A DNA stretch of 40,000 nt from an uncultured Clostridia bacterium (GTDB taxonomy: Bacteria; Bacillota; Clostridia; TANB77; CAG-508): positions 1-40,000 of the forward strand of contig CAPZDM010000008.1 in NCBI GenBank assembly GCA_948745425.1. Direction: 5' to 3'. The number at the start of each line of letters is the position of its first letter. The first letter of the stretch is position 1. Made by a program: the position numbers and the translations under genes. Below the pieces are notes generated by a model, which saw nothing but the letters and a program-made list of their open reading frames with translations, was not told where the DNA came from and made no database searches. This document shows, in pieces, positions 7,723 to 16,299 of this stretch.

Positions 7723-9054
7723 ATGAAAAAGAGGAGAAAACCAAATTTTTTTGCAATATTATTATTCCTTTGTATTTTAATAGGTATATTTATATGCATT
7801 TCACATTTACATAATAAAGAGCAGAAAAGAAAGATTTTATCAAATATTGAAGATGAAGTAATAGAAGTTAATAATTATTATTTATATGGTACACATTTTA
7901 ATTTAGAAGGTATAATAAAAGGAATATCAACTACTAATATAAAACAAGTTAAGTTTATATTAGTTGATATTTCAGAAAATGAAAAAGAATATAATGGAAT
8001 ATATGAAGTAAATGAAAATGAATTAAAAATTGCAACGTCAAAGCTTATAAACGAAGGAATATATTTAGAAGACATTGAAGCTGGCAAATATTTTTTACTT
8101 GTAAAAATAGAATATTCAAATAATAAAGTAAAATACTATTCAATAAGTAATAATACAAATTATGAAGATTTAGAATATTATACAATTACAAAAAACAAAT
8201 CAAATAAAAAAGTAAATATAGAGTTTGATATTTTTCAGTTAGATAATAGAGATATTTCTTATATAAATTTTAATGTCGCAAAAGTAAAATTACCTAAAAA
8301 CGTTTATGATATTTCTATAGACCCTGGACATGGAGGAAGTGACCCAGGAGCAATTTCGGGACAATATAAAGAAGCAGAAATAGCAATGAAACATTGTGTG
8401 GAATTAAAAAGAAAATTAGAAAATTTAGGATTAAAAGTTATATTAACAAGAGATGGTACAGAAGATACATCAGAAACTAGTAAATTTGGCGTCTATAGTG
8501 TTTATGACTTTGATGGAAGAGTTAATATTGTAGGTAGAGCAAAGGTGAAATATAATTTTTCAGTTCATGTTAACAGTTTTGATACAAATACATTAAGTGG
8601 AACAGAAATATATGCTCCATCAAATGCTTCTTTAGAAATTGCACAATCGTTAGCAGATAATATAGTTAATACAGCAAATACAACATATTCAACCAGAAAT
8701 ACAGACAAAGTATCAAATGGTGTTTATGTTAGAACATTTACAGAAGCTGAAATTGCTGAATCTTCTGATAGTGCTAGAAAAAAAGGATTTGAGCCATATA
8801 ATATAAAAACATCAACACCATATTTATATATGATAAGAGAAGTTGGAGGCAAGACAACAGGAGCATATATTGATGGAAGAAATAAAGGCTATGGAACTAA
8901 TATGTACTATAATTCTAATATAGGAGTAGAAAGCTATTTAATAGAATTAGGATATATAATAAATAAAACAGATTTAAATAATATGTTAAATAATCAATCT
9001 GCATATGTTGAAGCCATAACAAAATCTATACAAGAAAACATTTGCAAAGAATAA
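7723..9054 (+). CDS. Membrane-anchored N-acetylmuramoyl-L-alanine amidase (Amidase_3 type)
   Basis: N-terminal TM anchor, unknown domain of about 170 aa, then IDPGHGGSDPGA ... FSVHVNS ... E.GY, typical of the Amidase_3/CwlD-like family. RBS AAAGGAG. Confidence 0.85.
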   Translation: MKKRRKPNFFAILLFLCILIGIFICISHLHNKEQKRKILSNIEDEVIEVNNYYLYGTHFNLEGIIKGISTTNIKQVKFILVDISENEKEYNGIYEVNENELKIATSKLINEGIYLEDIEAGKYFLLVKIEYSNNKVKYYSISNNTNYEDLEYYTITKNKSNKKVNIEFDIFQLDNRDISYINFNVAKVKLPKNVYDISIDPGHGGSDPGAISGQYKEAEIAMKHCVELKRKLENLGLKVILTRDGTEDTSETSKFGVYSVYDFDGRVNIVGRAKVKYNFSVHVNSFDTNTLSGTEIYAPSNASLEIAQSLADNIVNTANTTYSTRNTDKVSNGVYVRTFTEAEIAESSDSARKKGFEPYNIKTSTPYLYMIREVGGKTTGAYIDGRNKGYGTNMYYNSNIGVESYLIELGYIINKTDLNNMLNNQSAYVEAITKSIQENICKE

Positions 9055-9131
9055 AAAAAATATAAATAGGCATAATAATATCAAATAAAACAAAAAATAT
9101 TTTTGTTCTTAAGAAAGGATTTGATATTATT

Positions 9132-9575
9132 ATGAAAGTTAAAGATTGTATGACAAATTCAGTATGCAATTGTACCCCTGAAACAACAATACAAGATGTA
9201 GCAAAGAAAATGTGTTCAAACCATATAGGTTGTTTACCTGTATGCGATAATACAAATAACATTGTAGGATTAGTAACAGATAGAGACATAGTATTAAGAA
9301 GCGTTGCATGTGGAAAAGACTCAAAAACTACACCAATAAGTGAAATAATGACTACAGATGTTTGTTGTTGTAATAGTAATGATGAAGTAAACGAAGCAGA
9401 AAAATTAATGGGAACAATGCAAATAAAAAGAATACCTGTATTAGATAATAATAAAGTAGTTGGAATGATAACAGTTGGAAACTTAGTAAATGACTCAAAA
9501 GTAACAAGTATAGAAGTATCTAATACTGTAGAAAATATATGCCATTGTGGACCAAATGCTAAAAATAATGAATAA
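9132..9575 (+). CDS. CBS-pair domain protein, cysteine-rich
   Basis: Two CBS repeats (VGLVTDRDI.., IKRIPVLDNNKVVGMITVGNL). 12 Cys in 147 aa, including CCC and a C-terminal CHCG. Confidence 0.8.
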   Translation: MKVKDCMTNSVCNCTPETTIQDVAKKMCSNHIGCLPVCDNTNNIVGLVTDRDIVLRSVACGKDSKTTPISEIMTTDVCCCNSNDEVNEAEKLMGTMQIKRIPVLDNNKVVGMITVGNLVNDSKVTSIEVSNTVENICHCGPNAKNNE

Positions 9576-9581
9576 TCTTAT

Positions 9582-9604
9582 AGCACGGAAATATCCGTGC
9601 TTTT
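9582..9604 (+). terminator. Rho-independent terminator
   Basis: AGCACGGA-AATA-TCCGTGCT followed by TTTT. Confidence 0.75.
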
Positions 9605-9699
9605 AATAATTATAGAAAATTAAAACAAATCCAAATATATATTGAAAAAACAAAACAAATAAGATATTATATTAATATAAAGTAAAAAGGAGAAAAAAG

Positions 9700-10644
9700 A
9701 TGGGAACATTTTATAAAAAAATAAAACAAATAAAAAGTAGAAGAATACCTTTAGCAATATTTATACTAATAATTGCATTTATGATATTTATATATGGAAT
9801 AATTGAAGCTATACCAAAAGAAATTGAGTATACAGAATTTAAAAAAGATCAAAAATTAGGTAATTATTCGAAAGTAAAAGTATATTATTTAATGGGACCG
9901 TTAGTGCAAGTTAAAAACTCAAAAGATGGAACGACTTCAGGGTATTATGTAGCAGTAGGAGAAGAAAAAAATCTATTTATAATTAGATTTAAAAACGATA
10001 ATATAGGAATCCCTATACTTGGAAAAGATATAGAAAAAGATGCCATAGATACATTAGAAGGAACAGAAGTATTTGGAAGTGTTCAATTAAGTTCATCCAG
10101 TTTAAGAAATACATTAAACCAGACATTAAATACTATATTTAATGAAGATATTGCAAACAATAATAGTTTTGAGAAAGTATTTGGTGGATATTATTTAGAT
10201 ACTGTAGTAAAGGTTAAAAATAATGCTATTAAGTTATTTATATTAGCTATATTTTTTGCAATAACAGGATTTCTTTATTTATTATTAAATAAACGTATAA
10301 GAAAAAATGTAGATAGAACTATTGATGAATTAAAATCAAAAGGAAAATTAGAGGAAGTTATAAAGGAATTTGAAAATGAAAAGCTAATAAGTTATAAAAG
10401 ATTAAAAGTTTATTTATCTCCTAACTATATATTTAGTTATAGTACAGGGCTTAATATCATTAATTTTAAAGATATTAGAGAAGTAAATACATCTAAAAAG
10501 AAAATTGGAAGTTATGATAAAAATAAATATATAATCATTACTACAAAAGACAATATAGAATATTATATAGCTCCGATTCAAAAGAAAAGACAGAAATTTA
10601 TATTTAATGAACTACTTGCGAAAATCAAGAGTATGATACAATAA
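9700..10644 (+). CDS. Hypothetical membrane protein (two TM segments)
   Basis: Strong RBS AAGGAGA, TM segments near aa 16-36 and 178-197. No motif recognised. Confidence 0.7.
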   Translation: MGTFYKKIKQIKSRRIPLAIFILIIAFMIFIYGIIEAIPKEIEYTEFKKDQKLGNYSKVKVYYLMGPLVQVKNSKDGTTSGYYVAVGEEKNLFIIRFKNDNIGIPILGKDIEKDAIDTLEGTEVFGSVQLSSSSLRNTLNQTLNTIFNEDIANNNSFEKVFGGYYLDTVVKVKNNAIKLFILAIFFAITGFLYLLLNKRIRKNVDRTIDELKSKGKLEEVIKEFENEKLISYKRLKVYLSPNYIFSYSTGLNIINFKDIREVNTSKKKIGSYDKNKYIIITTKDNIEYYIAPIQKKRQKFIFNELLAKIKSMIQ

Positions 10645-10703
10645 TATTATAACCACTACCATTCGTTTTGCGAGTAGTTGAAGATTAAAAAAACTAGAAA
10701 TAA

Positions 10704-10958
10704 ATGAAACTATTTAAGAAAAAATGGTTAGCAGTATTTGTAGTAGGCATCTTATTTATTATAATACACTTTCCATATAGAATGATAGCTTATGGAATGA
10801 CATTAAATGATTTAGCTATAAAAAATTTTAGTTGGATTATAGATTTATTTATTACACATCTTGTTTTTAATTTTATATACCTAAAAACAAATTCATTATA
10901 TGGTGCTATTATTCCACACTGGATGTCGAATTTTGCATATAATATTATTTTAAAATAG
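10704..10958 (+). CDS. CPBP/CAAX-type intramembrane protease fragment (C-terminal motifs only)
   Basis: Contains FITHLVFN and IIPHWMSNF (HxxxN-type motifs 2 and 3) but lacks the EExxxR motif-1 region. No clear RBS. May be a remnant. Confidence 0.4.
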   Translation: MKLFKKKWLAVFVVGILFIIIHFPYRMIAYGMTLNDLAIKNFSWIIDLFITHLVFNFIYLKTNSLYGAIIPHWMSNFAYNIILK

Positions 10959-10970
10959 TCATTTGGTTGT

Positions 10971-11009
10971 ACGAAGAATGGACATTTTTTAGTCCATTCT
11001 TCGTATTTT
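10971..11009. terminator. Hairpin terminator between convergent genes
   Basis: ACGAAGAATGGAC (10971-10983) and GTCCATTCTTCGT (10992-11004) form a perfect 13-bp stem, followed by ATTTT. Confidence 0.75.
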
Positions 11010-11012
11010 AAA

Positions 11013-12245
11013 TTACCTCATCATATTAAACCACTCTGAATAAACATTTGTTGTTATATTTAAGAAACCAGATTTTTTAACATCATCATTTGCAACAAGA
11101 TTTACAGTTGCAATTATTTCATTATTTAGAGTATAATTTGCAACTCCAACTTTTTGGCCTTTAACAATAGGAGCTTCCAAATTTTCATCTAAAATAATGT
11201 TTTGAGTAACACTTTTTTCTAATCCTTTTTTTATAATTACAGAAGCAGAAGATTCAAATACAGCTTCTACTGTTTGGGACGTTCCTTTTTTGATTTCTGC
11301 TATGATAGCAACATCTCCAGTCTTTCCAAAAGATACACCAGAATAATTAGTAAAACCATAATCTAATAATTTTTTAGCCTCTGCAAAACGAATTGCAGTT
11401 GTTGGTGCATGCATTACTACTGCTATAAGAGATAAATCATCTCTAGTAGCACTAGCAGATAAATTATATAATGCGAGACCTGTTGAACCAGTTTTTAAAC
11501 CAGTACATCCATTATATGTACGAAGTAATTTATTTGTATTTACAAGTTCAGATTTTCCATCTCGAAGAGAATCCATATATATAGTTGTGTAATTAGTGAT
11601 TTCTGAGTGCTTTGTTAAAAGTTCGCGAGACATTAAAGAAATATCGTATGCAGAAGTAACATGGTTATCTTCATCAATTCCATGGCAATTTACAAAATGA
11701 GTATCATTCATGCCAAGTTCTTTAGCTCTTGTATTCATTCGTTCAACAAATACTTCTTCAGAACCACCTAAGTATTCTGCCATAGCCATAGTGCAATCAT
11801 TAGCAGATACTACACATATAGCTTTTAACATATCATTTACACTTAATGTTTCTCTAGTATCTAGCCATATTTGTGAACCACCCATAGACCTTGCATTCTC
11901 ACTACATGGAATTAAAGTATCTAAAGTAATTTCGCCTCTATCTAAAGCCTCCATTATTAGCAGAATAGACATAACTTTTGTTACACTTGCAGGACGTAAT
12001 TTTTCATGAGAATTTTGTTCATACAATATCTGTCCAGTAGATTGCTCAATTAAAATTGCACCAGTAGATTCTAAATTTAAAGAACCGCTATTTAAATCAG
12101 AAGATACAGCAATAGACGAACTACCAGAGTTTGTATCTGCTATAGTTGACCAAATATATTCATAAGTAGAGGCAAAAGAACAGCATGAGTAAAATAATAC
12201 AAAAAACAAAACTATAGAAATAAATATTAATCTTTTTATATACAT
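11013..12245 (-). CDS. Serine-type D-Ala-D-Ala carboxypeptidase (PBP5/DacF-like, S11)
   Basis: Signal peptide/TM, SVTK (SxxK), SAND (SxN), KTGST (KTG) and a C-terminal PBP5-C-like domain. RBS GGAGG. Confidence 0.9.
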   Translation of the reverse strand: MYIKRLIFISIVLFFVLFYSCCSFASTYEYIWSTIADTNSGSSSIAVSSDLNSGSLNLESTGAILIEQSTGQILYEQNSHEKLRPASVTKVMSILLIMEALDRGEITLDTLIPCSENARSMGGSQIWLDTRETLSVNDMLKAICVVSANDCTMAMAEYLGGSEEVFVERMNTRAKELGMNDTHFVNCHGIDEDNHVTSAYDISLMSRELLTKHSEITNYTTIYMDSLRDGKSELVNTNKLLRTYNGCTGLKTGSTGLALYNLSASATRDDLSLIAVVMHAPTTAIRFAEAKKLLDYGFTNYSGVSFGKTGDVAIIAEIKKGTSQTVEAVFESSASVIIKKGLEKSVTQNIILDENLEAPIVKGQKVGVANYTLNNEIIATVNLVANDDVKKSGFLNITTNVYSEWFNMMR

Positions 12246-12482
12246 AAAACCTCCAATCTAGCTATTAGTATAACTCGTAAAATAATAAATAGTTTTAATT
12301 AATATATATGTTTAACAAAGTGATAATATTCAAAGGTAATAAATTTTAAAAATATAGAAAATATTTAGAAATTTTTATTTCTTTATTAGACAAATAAATC
12401 AAGCAAAACATGATGGGAGATAAGTCAAAAATCATATAGCAAAATATTGAAATTTGTCTTAAAAAAAATTATAGAAATACTA

Positions 12483-12512
12483 TTGCAAATATAAAAATTT
12501 TAATGGTATAAT
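12483..12512 (+). promoter_or_regulatory. Extended -10 promoter of an unannotated small ORF
   Basis: TTGCAA 12483-12488, 18-nt spacer, TGGTATAAT (12504-12512). Confidence 0.55.
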
Positions 12513-12551
12513 ACTTATAACGATTTACAAGAGAAGGAGATGTTATAGAAT

Positions 12552-12722
12552 ATGTTACATAAAATTGGAGATTTCAAAGGAATTGATATTGAGGTAATAC
12601 AAGGCTTTAATAATATCGTTTATTCTGGATTATTAGATGAAGCACCTAAAGAAATAAAACAAATGAATTATATTAGAACAGAACCAAATATAAAAAATAG
12701 TAAGTTAATATTTGTTGTTTAA
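12552..12722 (+). CDS. Small hypothetical protein, 56 aa (absent from the ORF track)
   Basis: ATG 12552 to TAA 12720-12722 translates to MLHKIGDFKGIDIEVIQGFNNIVYSGLLDEAPKEIKQMNYIRTEPNIKNSKLIFVV. RBS GAAGGAGA ends at 12540. It has its own promoter and terminator. Confidence 0.5.
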   Translation: MLHKIGDFKGIDIEVIQGFNNIVYSGLLDEAPKEIKQMNYIRTEPNIKNSKLIFVV

Positions 12723-12740
12723 AATAGATAGATAGATAAG

Positions 12741-12768
12741 TCTCTAAGCGATGCTTAGGGATTTTTTT
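12741..12768 (+). terminator. Rho-independent terminator of the small ORF
   Basis: TCTCTAAGC-GAT-GCTTAGGGA (one G-T pair) followed by TTTTTTT. Confidence 0.7.
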
Positions 12769-12787
12769 ATATTCGTTGCTAAACCTA

Positions 12788-12816
12788 TTGCAAAAAATGT
12801 TTGTTCCATATATAAT
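12788..12816 (+). promoter_or_regulatory. ruvB promoter
   Basis: TTGCAA 12788-12793, 17-nt spacer, TATAAT 12811-12816. Confidence 0.6.
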
Positions 12817-12851
12817 AATCATATCAAATTAAAAAGGAATGAATATAGCTA

Positions 12852-13868
12852 ATGGATGAAAATAATTTAACAAAACTTGAGGTAGATGGTATTGAAGAAG
12901 AACAAATGGAAAGATCTTTAAGACCTAAAAATTTAAAAGAATATATAGGACAAACTAAAGTTAAACAAAGCATGAAAATATATATAGAAGCAGCTAAACA
13001 AAGAAGCGAACCATTAGACCATGTACTATTATATGGTCCTCCTGGACTTGGAAAAACTACTCTGTCTAACATTATTGCTAATGAAATGAACTCAAATATA
13101 AAAATAACTTCAGGTCCTGCAATAGAAAAATCAGGAGATTTAGCTGCAATACTTACAAATTTATCTGAATATGATATTTTATTTATTGATGAAATACATA
13201 GATTAAATAGAGCAGTTGAGGAAATATTATATCCAGCTTTAGAAGATTATTCATTAGATATAATGATAGGTAAAGGACCATCTGCTAGGTCAATAAGATT
13301 AGATTTACCAAAATTTACATTAATTGGAGCAACTACTAAAGCGGGTTCACTTACAACACCATTAAGAGATAGATTTGGGATTGTATCTAGACTAGAATTA
13401 TATAGTGAAGAAGAACTAAATGATATTATTAAAAGGTCTGCTCAGATTTTAGAAGTTAAAATTGATGAAAAAGCAAGTCAAGAAATTGCAAGGCGTTCAA
13501 GAGGAACACCTAGAATTGCTAATAGATTATTAAAAAGAGTTAGAGATTATGCAGTTGTATTAGGAGATGGTAGTATAACTATAAAGATAGCAAAAACAGC
13601 CCTAAATAATTTAGAAATTGATGAATTAGGATTAGATGAAATTGATAGAAAGATACTAGATACAATAATTTCAAAATTTAATGGAGGACCTGTAGGAATA
13701 GATACAATAGCAACAACTATTGGAGAAGAAGTAGAGACACTAGAAGATGTATATGAGCCATATTTAATACAAATTGGTTTCCTTTCTAGAACTACAAGAG
13801 GAAGGGTTGCATTGCCTGATGCTTATGCACATTTAGGATATAATTTTGAAAGACAGAAGGAGAAATAA
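12852..13868 (+). CDS. ruvB: Holliday junction branch-migration helicase RuvB
   Basis: LRPK.L.EYIGQ, Walker [36 protein letters not shown]. Confidence 0.97.
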   Translation: MDENNLTKLEVDGIEEEQMERSLRPKNLKEYIGQTKVKQSMKIYIEAAKQRSEPLDHVLLYGPPGLGKTTLSNIIANEMNSNIKITSGPAIEKSGDLAAILTNLSEYDILFIDEIHRLNRAVEEILYPALEDYSLDIMIGKGPSARSIRLDLPKFTLIGATTKAGSLTTPLRDRFGIVSRLELYSEEELNDIIKRSAQILEVKIDEKASQEIARRSRGTPRIANRLLKRVRDYAVVLGDGSITIKIAKTALNNLEIDELGLDEIDRKILDTIISKFNGGPVGIDTIATTIGEEVETLEDVYEPYLIQIGFLSRTTRGRVALPDAYAHLGYNFERQKEK

Positions 13869-14638
13869 TGAAAAAATATAGGGAAGACATACTAGTATTT
13901 GTATTTTTTGTAATAACAACATCTGCTATTATTCTTACAAGAAATCTAAACAATTTAGATGAGGTTTGGATTTTCAATACAGCAAGAAATGTTGCAAATG
14001 GATTATTACCATATAAAGATTTTAATTTAGTAACAACTCCAGGATTACCAATATTTTGTGGAATGATTTTAAAAATCTTTGGAACAGAAATGTTTATAAT
14101 GAGAATAATGGCAATTATTACAAATTCACTTATAATGTTTATTATATATAAGATATTAAAAACTTTTAAAATAAAGAAAGAGTTTTCATTATTAATATCA
14201 ATTATAATAATGAAGCTTCTTATAGAAAGTATGTGTATTGATTATAATTTCATAATATTACTAATAGCATTAATAACATTATATATTGAGTTAAAAACAT
14301 ATAAAAAAAGCAATAATATTTTTGAATATAACTTAAGAAAAGAAATATTATTAGGAATTTTAGCAGGATTAAGTATAACAATGAAGCAAACAACAGGAAT
14401 CTGTTTTGTTATTGCATTTATAGGATATAAATTATTAGCAGTAAGAAATAAAGAAGATTTTAGATCCGTTTTAAAAATATCAATAATAAGATTTTTATCT
14501 TCTATGATCCCTGTAATTATATTATTAATATATTTATTATGTAATAACATAATGAACGAATTTATAGATTATGCAATTTTGGGAATAAAGGATTTTTCAA
14601 ACAGTATATCATATTTAAACTTATTAAAAGGCAATTAA
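13868..14638 (+). CDS. GT-C-fold membrane glycosyltransferase (GT39/ArnT-like), N-terminal part of a split gene
   Basis: Polytopic, with a DE motif in the first loop (NLDEVW). ATG overlaps the ruvB stop (TAATG). Ends at TAA 14636-14638 while the next ORF's frame is already open from 14548. Confidence 0.6.
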   Translation: MKKYREDILVFVFFVITTSAIILTRNLNNLDEVWIFNTARNVANGLLPYKDFNLVTTPGLPIFCGMILKIFGTEMFIMRIMAIITNSLIMFIIYKILKTFKIKKEFSLLISIIIMKLLIESMCIDYNFIILLIALITLYIELKTYKKSNNIFEYNLRKEILLGILAGLSITMKQTTGICFVIAFIGYKLLAVRNKEDFRSVLKISIIRFLSSMIPVIILLIYLLCNNIMNEFIDYAILGIKDFSNSISYLNLLKGN

Positions 14639-14643
14639 GTATA

Positions 14644-15351
14644 TTGGCAATATTAGTACCTATAACAATAATCATATCTTTATATATATCTATAAGAAAA
14701 AATAACCAGATTATAACCATATTATTTGCTTACTCTGTTTCAACAATAGTTGTAGTATATCCAATATCAGATAATGTTCATTTTCTAATAGCAGGAACGA
14801 TAACAATTATTACAGGAATTTATTTATTAAAGGAACTATATGAGAATAAATTTAAAGGAATTTTAGAAAAGTCAATTATAATATGGATAGAAAATTTTAT
14901 AAAAGCACTCATAATAATACTAATATTAATTATGGTTGGAGTTTCAATATATAGATTAATAAATTATATTATTAATTTTAAGGAATATAAAAATTTAGAA
15001 AATTTTAAATATATACCAGTTTCTAAGGAACTAGAAGAACACATAATAAAAGTTGATAAATATTTAGAAGAACAACAAAATGATGTATATATTGTTGATG
15101 CTAGAGCAGCAATCTATATGATACCAATAAACAGATATAATAAAAATTATGATATGTTTTTAAAAGGAAACATTGGAGGTAAAGGCTCAAAAGGAATAAT
15201 AGAAGATTTACAATCTAAAGAAAATATAGCATTACTAATTTTAAAAGACAAAAGAAGTTTAAATTGGCAAACACCAATAGATGTAATAGAATATGTACAG
15301 AATAAATATGAAAAAATAGGAGAGATAGAAGGATTTGAGATATGGAAATGA
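14644..15351 (+). CDS. C-terminal part of the same GT-C glycosyltransferase (TM segments plus soluble domain)
   Basis: TTG start only and no RBS. Its frame is displaced by one base relative to 13868..14638 and overlaps that ORF by about 90 nt. TM-rich, then a soluble tail of about 110 aa. Confidence 0.5.
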   Translation: MAILVPITIIISLYISIRKNNQIITILFAYSVSTIVVVYPISDNVHFLIAGTITIITGIYLLKELYENKFKGILEKSIIIWIENFIKALIIILILIMVGVSIYRLINYIINFKEYKNLENFKYIPVSKELEEHIIKVDKYLEEQQNDVYIVDARAAIYMIPINRYNKNYDMFLKGNIGGKGSKGIIEDLQSKENIALLILKDKRSLNWQTPIDVIEYVQNKYEKIGEIEGFEIWK

Positions 15352-16286
15352 AGAAAATTTCAATAGTCGTACCAATGTATTATGAACAAGAAGTTGCAAA
15401 AGAATGTTATAAAAGAATAAAAGAGGTACTAATAGGTTTAGAGAATGAGTATGAGCATGAAATAATATTTGTTAATGATGGTAGCAAAGACAAGACACTA
15501 AATATACTAAAAGATATAGCAGTTGAGGACAAGCTTGTAAAAATAATATCATTTTCAAGAAACTTTGGACATCAAGCTGCTGTAACTGCAGGAATTAAAA
15601 ATTGTAATGGTGATGTAACTGTTATAATAGATGCAGATATGCAAGATCCACCAGAATTAATTGTACATATGCTAGATAAATGGAAAGACGGATATAAAAT
15701 AGTATATGCAAAAAGAAAAAAGAGAAAAGGAGAAAGCCCATTCAAATTAATAACAGCTAAAATGTTCTATAAAGCATTAAATGGTTTATCAAATGTAGAA
15801 ATACCAAAAGATACTGGAGATTTTAGACTAGTAGATAAAGAAGTAATAGAAGTTATTAAAGAATTACCAGAACATAATAAATTTTTAAGAGGTTTATTTA
15901 GTTGGGTAGGATATAAACAAACACCAATAGAATATGAACGTAATGAAAGATATGCAGGAAAAACTAAATACCCATTAGGAAAAATGTTAAAATTAGCAAC
16001 AGATGGAATAATAGGATTTTCTACAAAACCAATAAAAATAGTAGGAGCACTTGGAATATGCTCAATATTAATTTCAATTATAATTTTAATATACTCAATA
16101 TTATCGTATATATTTTCATGGAACAACTTAACAGCAGGATGGACATCAATAATGATAACAGTTACTTTTTTTGCTGGTATACAATTAGTTTCTTTATGGG
16201 TAATGTCAGAATATATTGCAAGGATTTATGATGAAAGCAAAAATAGACCTGAATATATTATAGAAGAAAAAATAAATTTTAATTAA
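15342..16286 (+). CDS. GT2 polyprenyl-phosphate glycosyltransferase (GtrB/CsbB/ArnC-like)
   Basis: KISIVVPMYYE, VNDGSKD, DADMQDPPE and two C-terminal TM helices. The alternative start at 15348 forms an ATGA overlap with the upstream stop. Confidence 0.9.
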   Translation: MEMKKISIVVPMYYEQEVAKECYKRIKEVLIGLENEYEHEIIFVNDGSKDKTLNILKDIAVEDKLVKIISFSRNFGHQAAVTAGIKNCNGDVTVIIDADMQDPPELIVHMLDKWKDGYKIVYAKRKKRKGESPFKLITAKMFYKALNGLSNVEIPKDTGDFRLVDKEVIEVIKELPEHNKFLRGLFSWVGYKQTPIEYERNERYAGKTKYPLGKMLKLATDGIIGFSTKPIKIVGALGICSILISIIILIYSILSYIFSWNNLTAGWTSIMITVTFFAGIQLVSLWVMSEYIARIYDESKNRPEYIIEEKINFN

Positions 16287-16299
16287 AAAGGAAAAATAA

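Noticed and set aside
11710-12009. Plus-strand ORF (99 aa) inside the carboxypeptidase gene.
   Set aside because: It is the antisense shadow of the motif-rich minus-strand DacF-like gene. It has no RBS.
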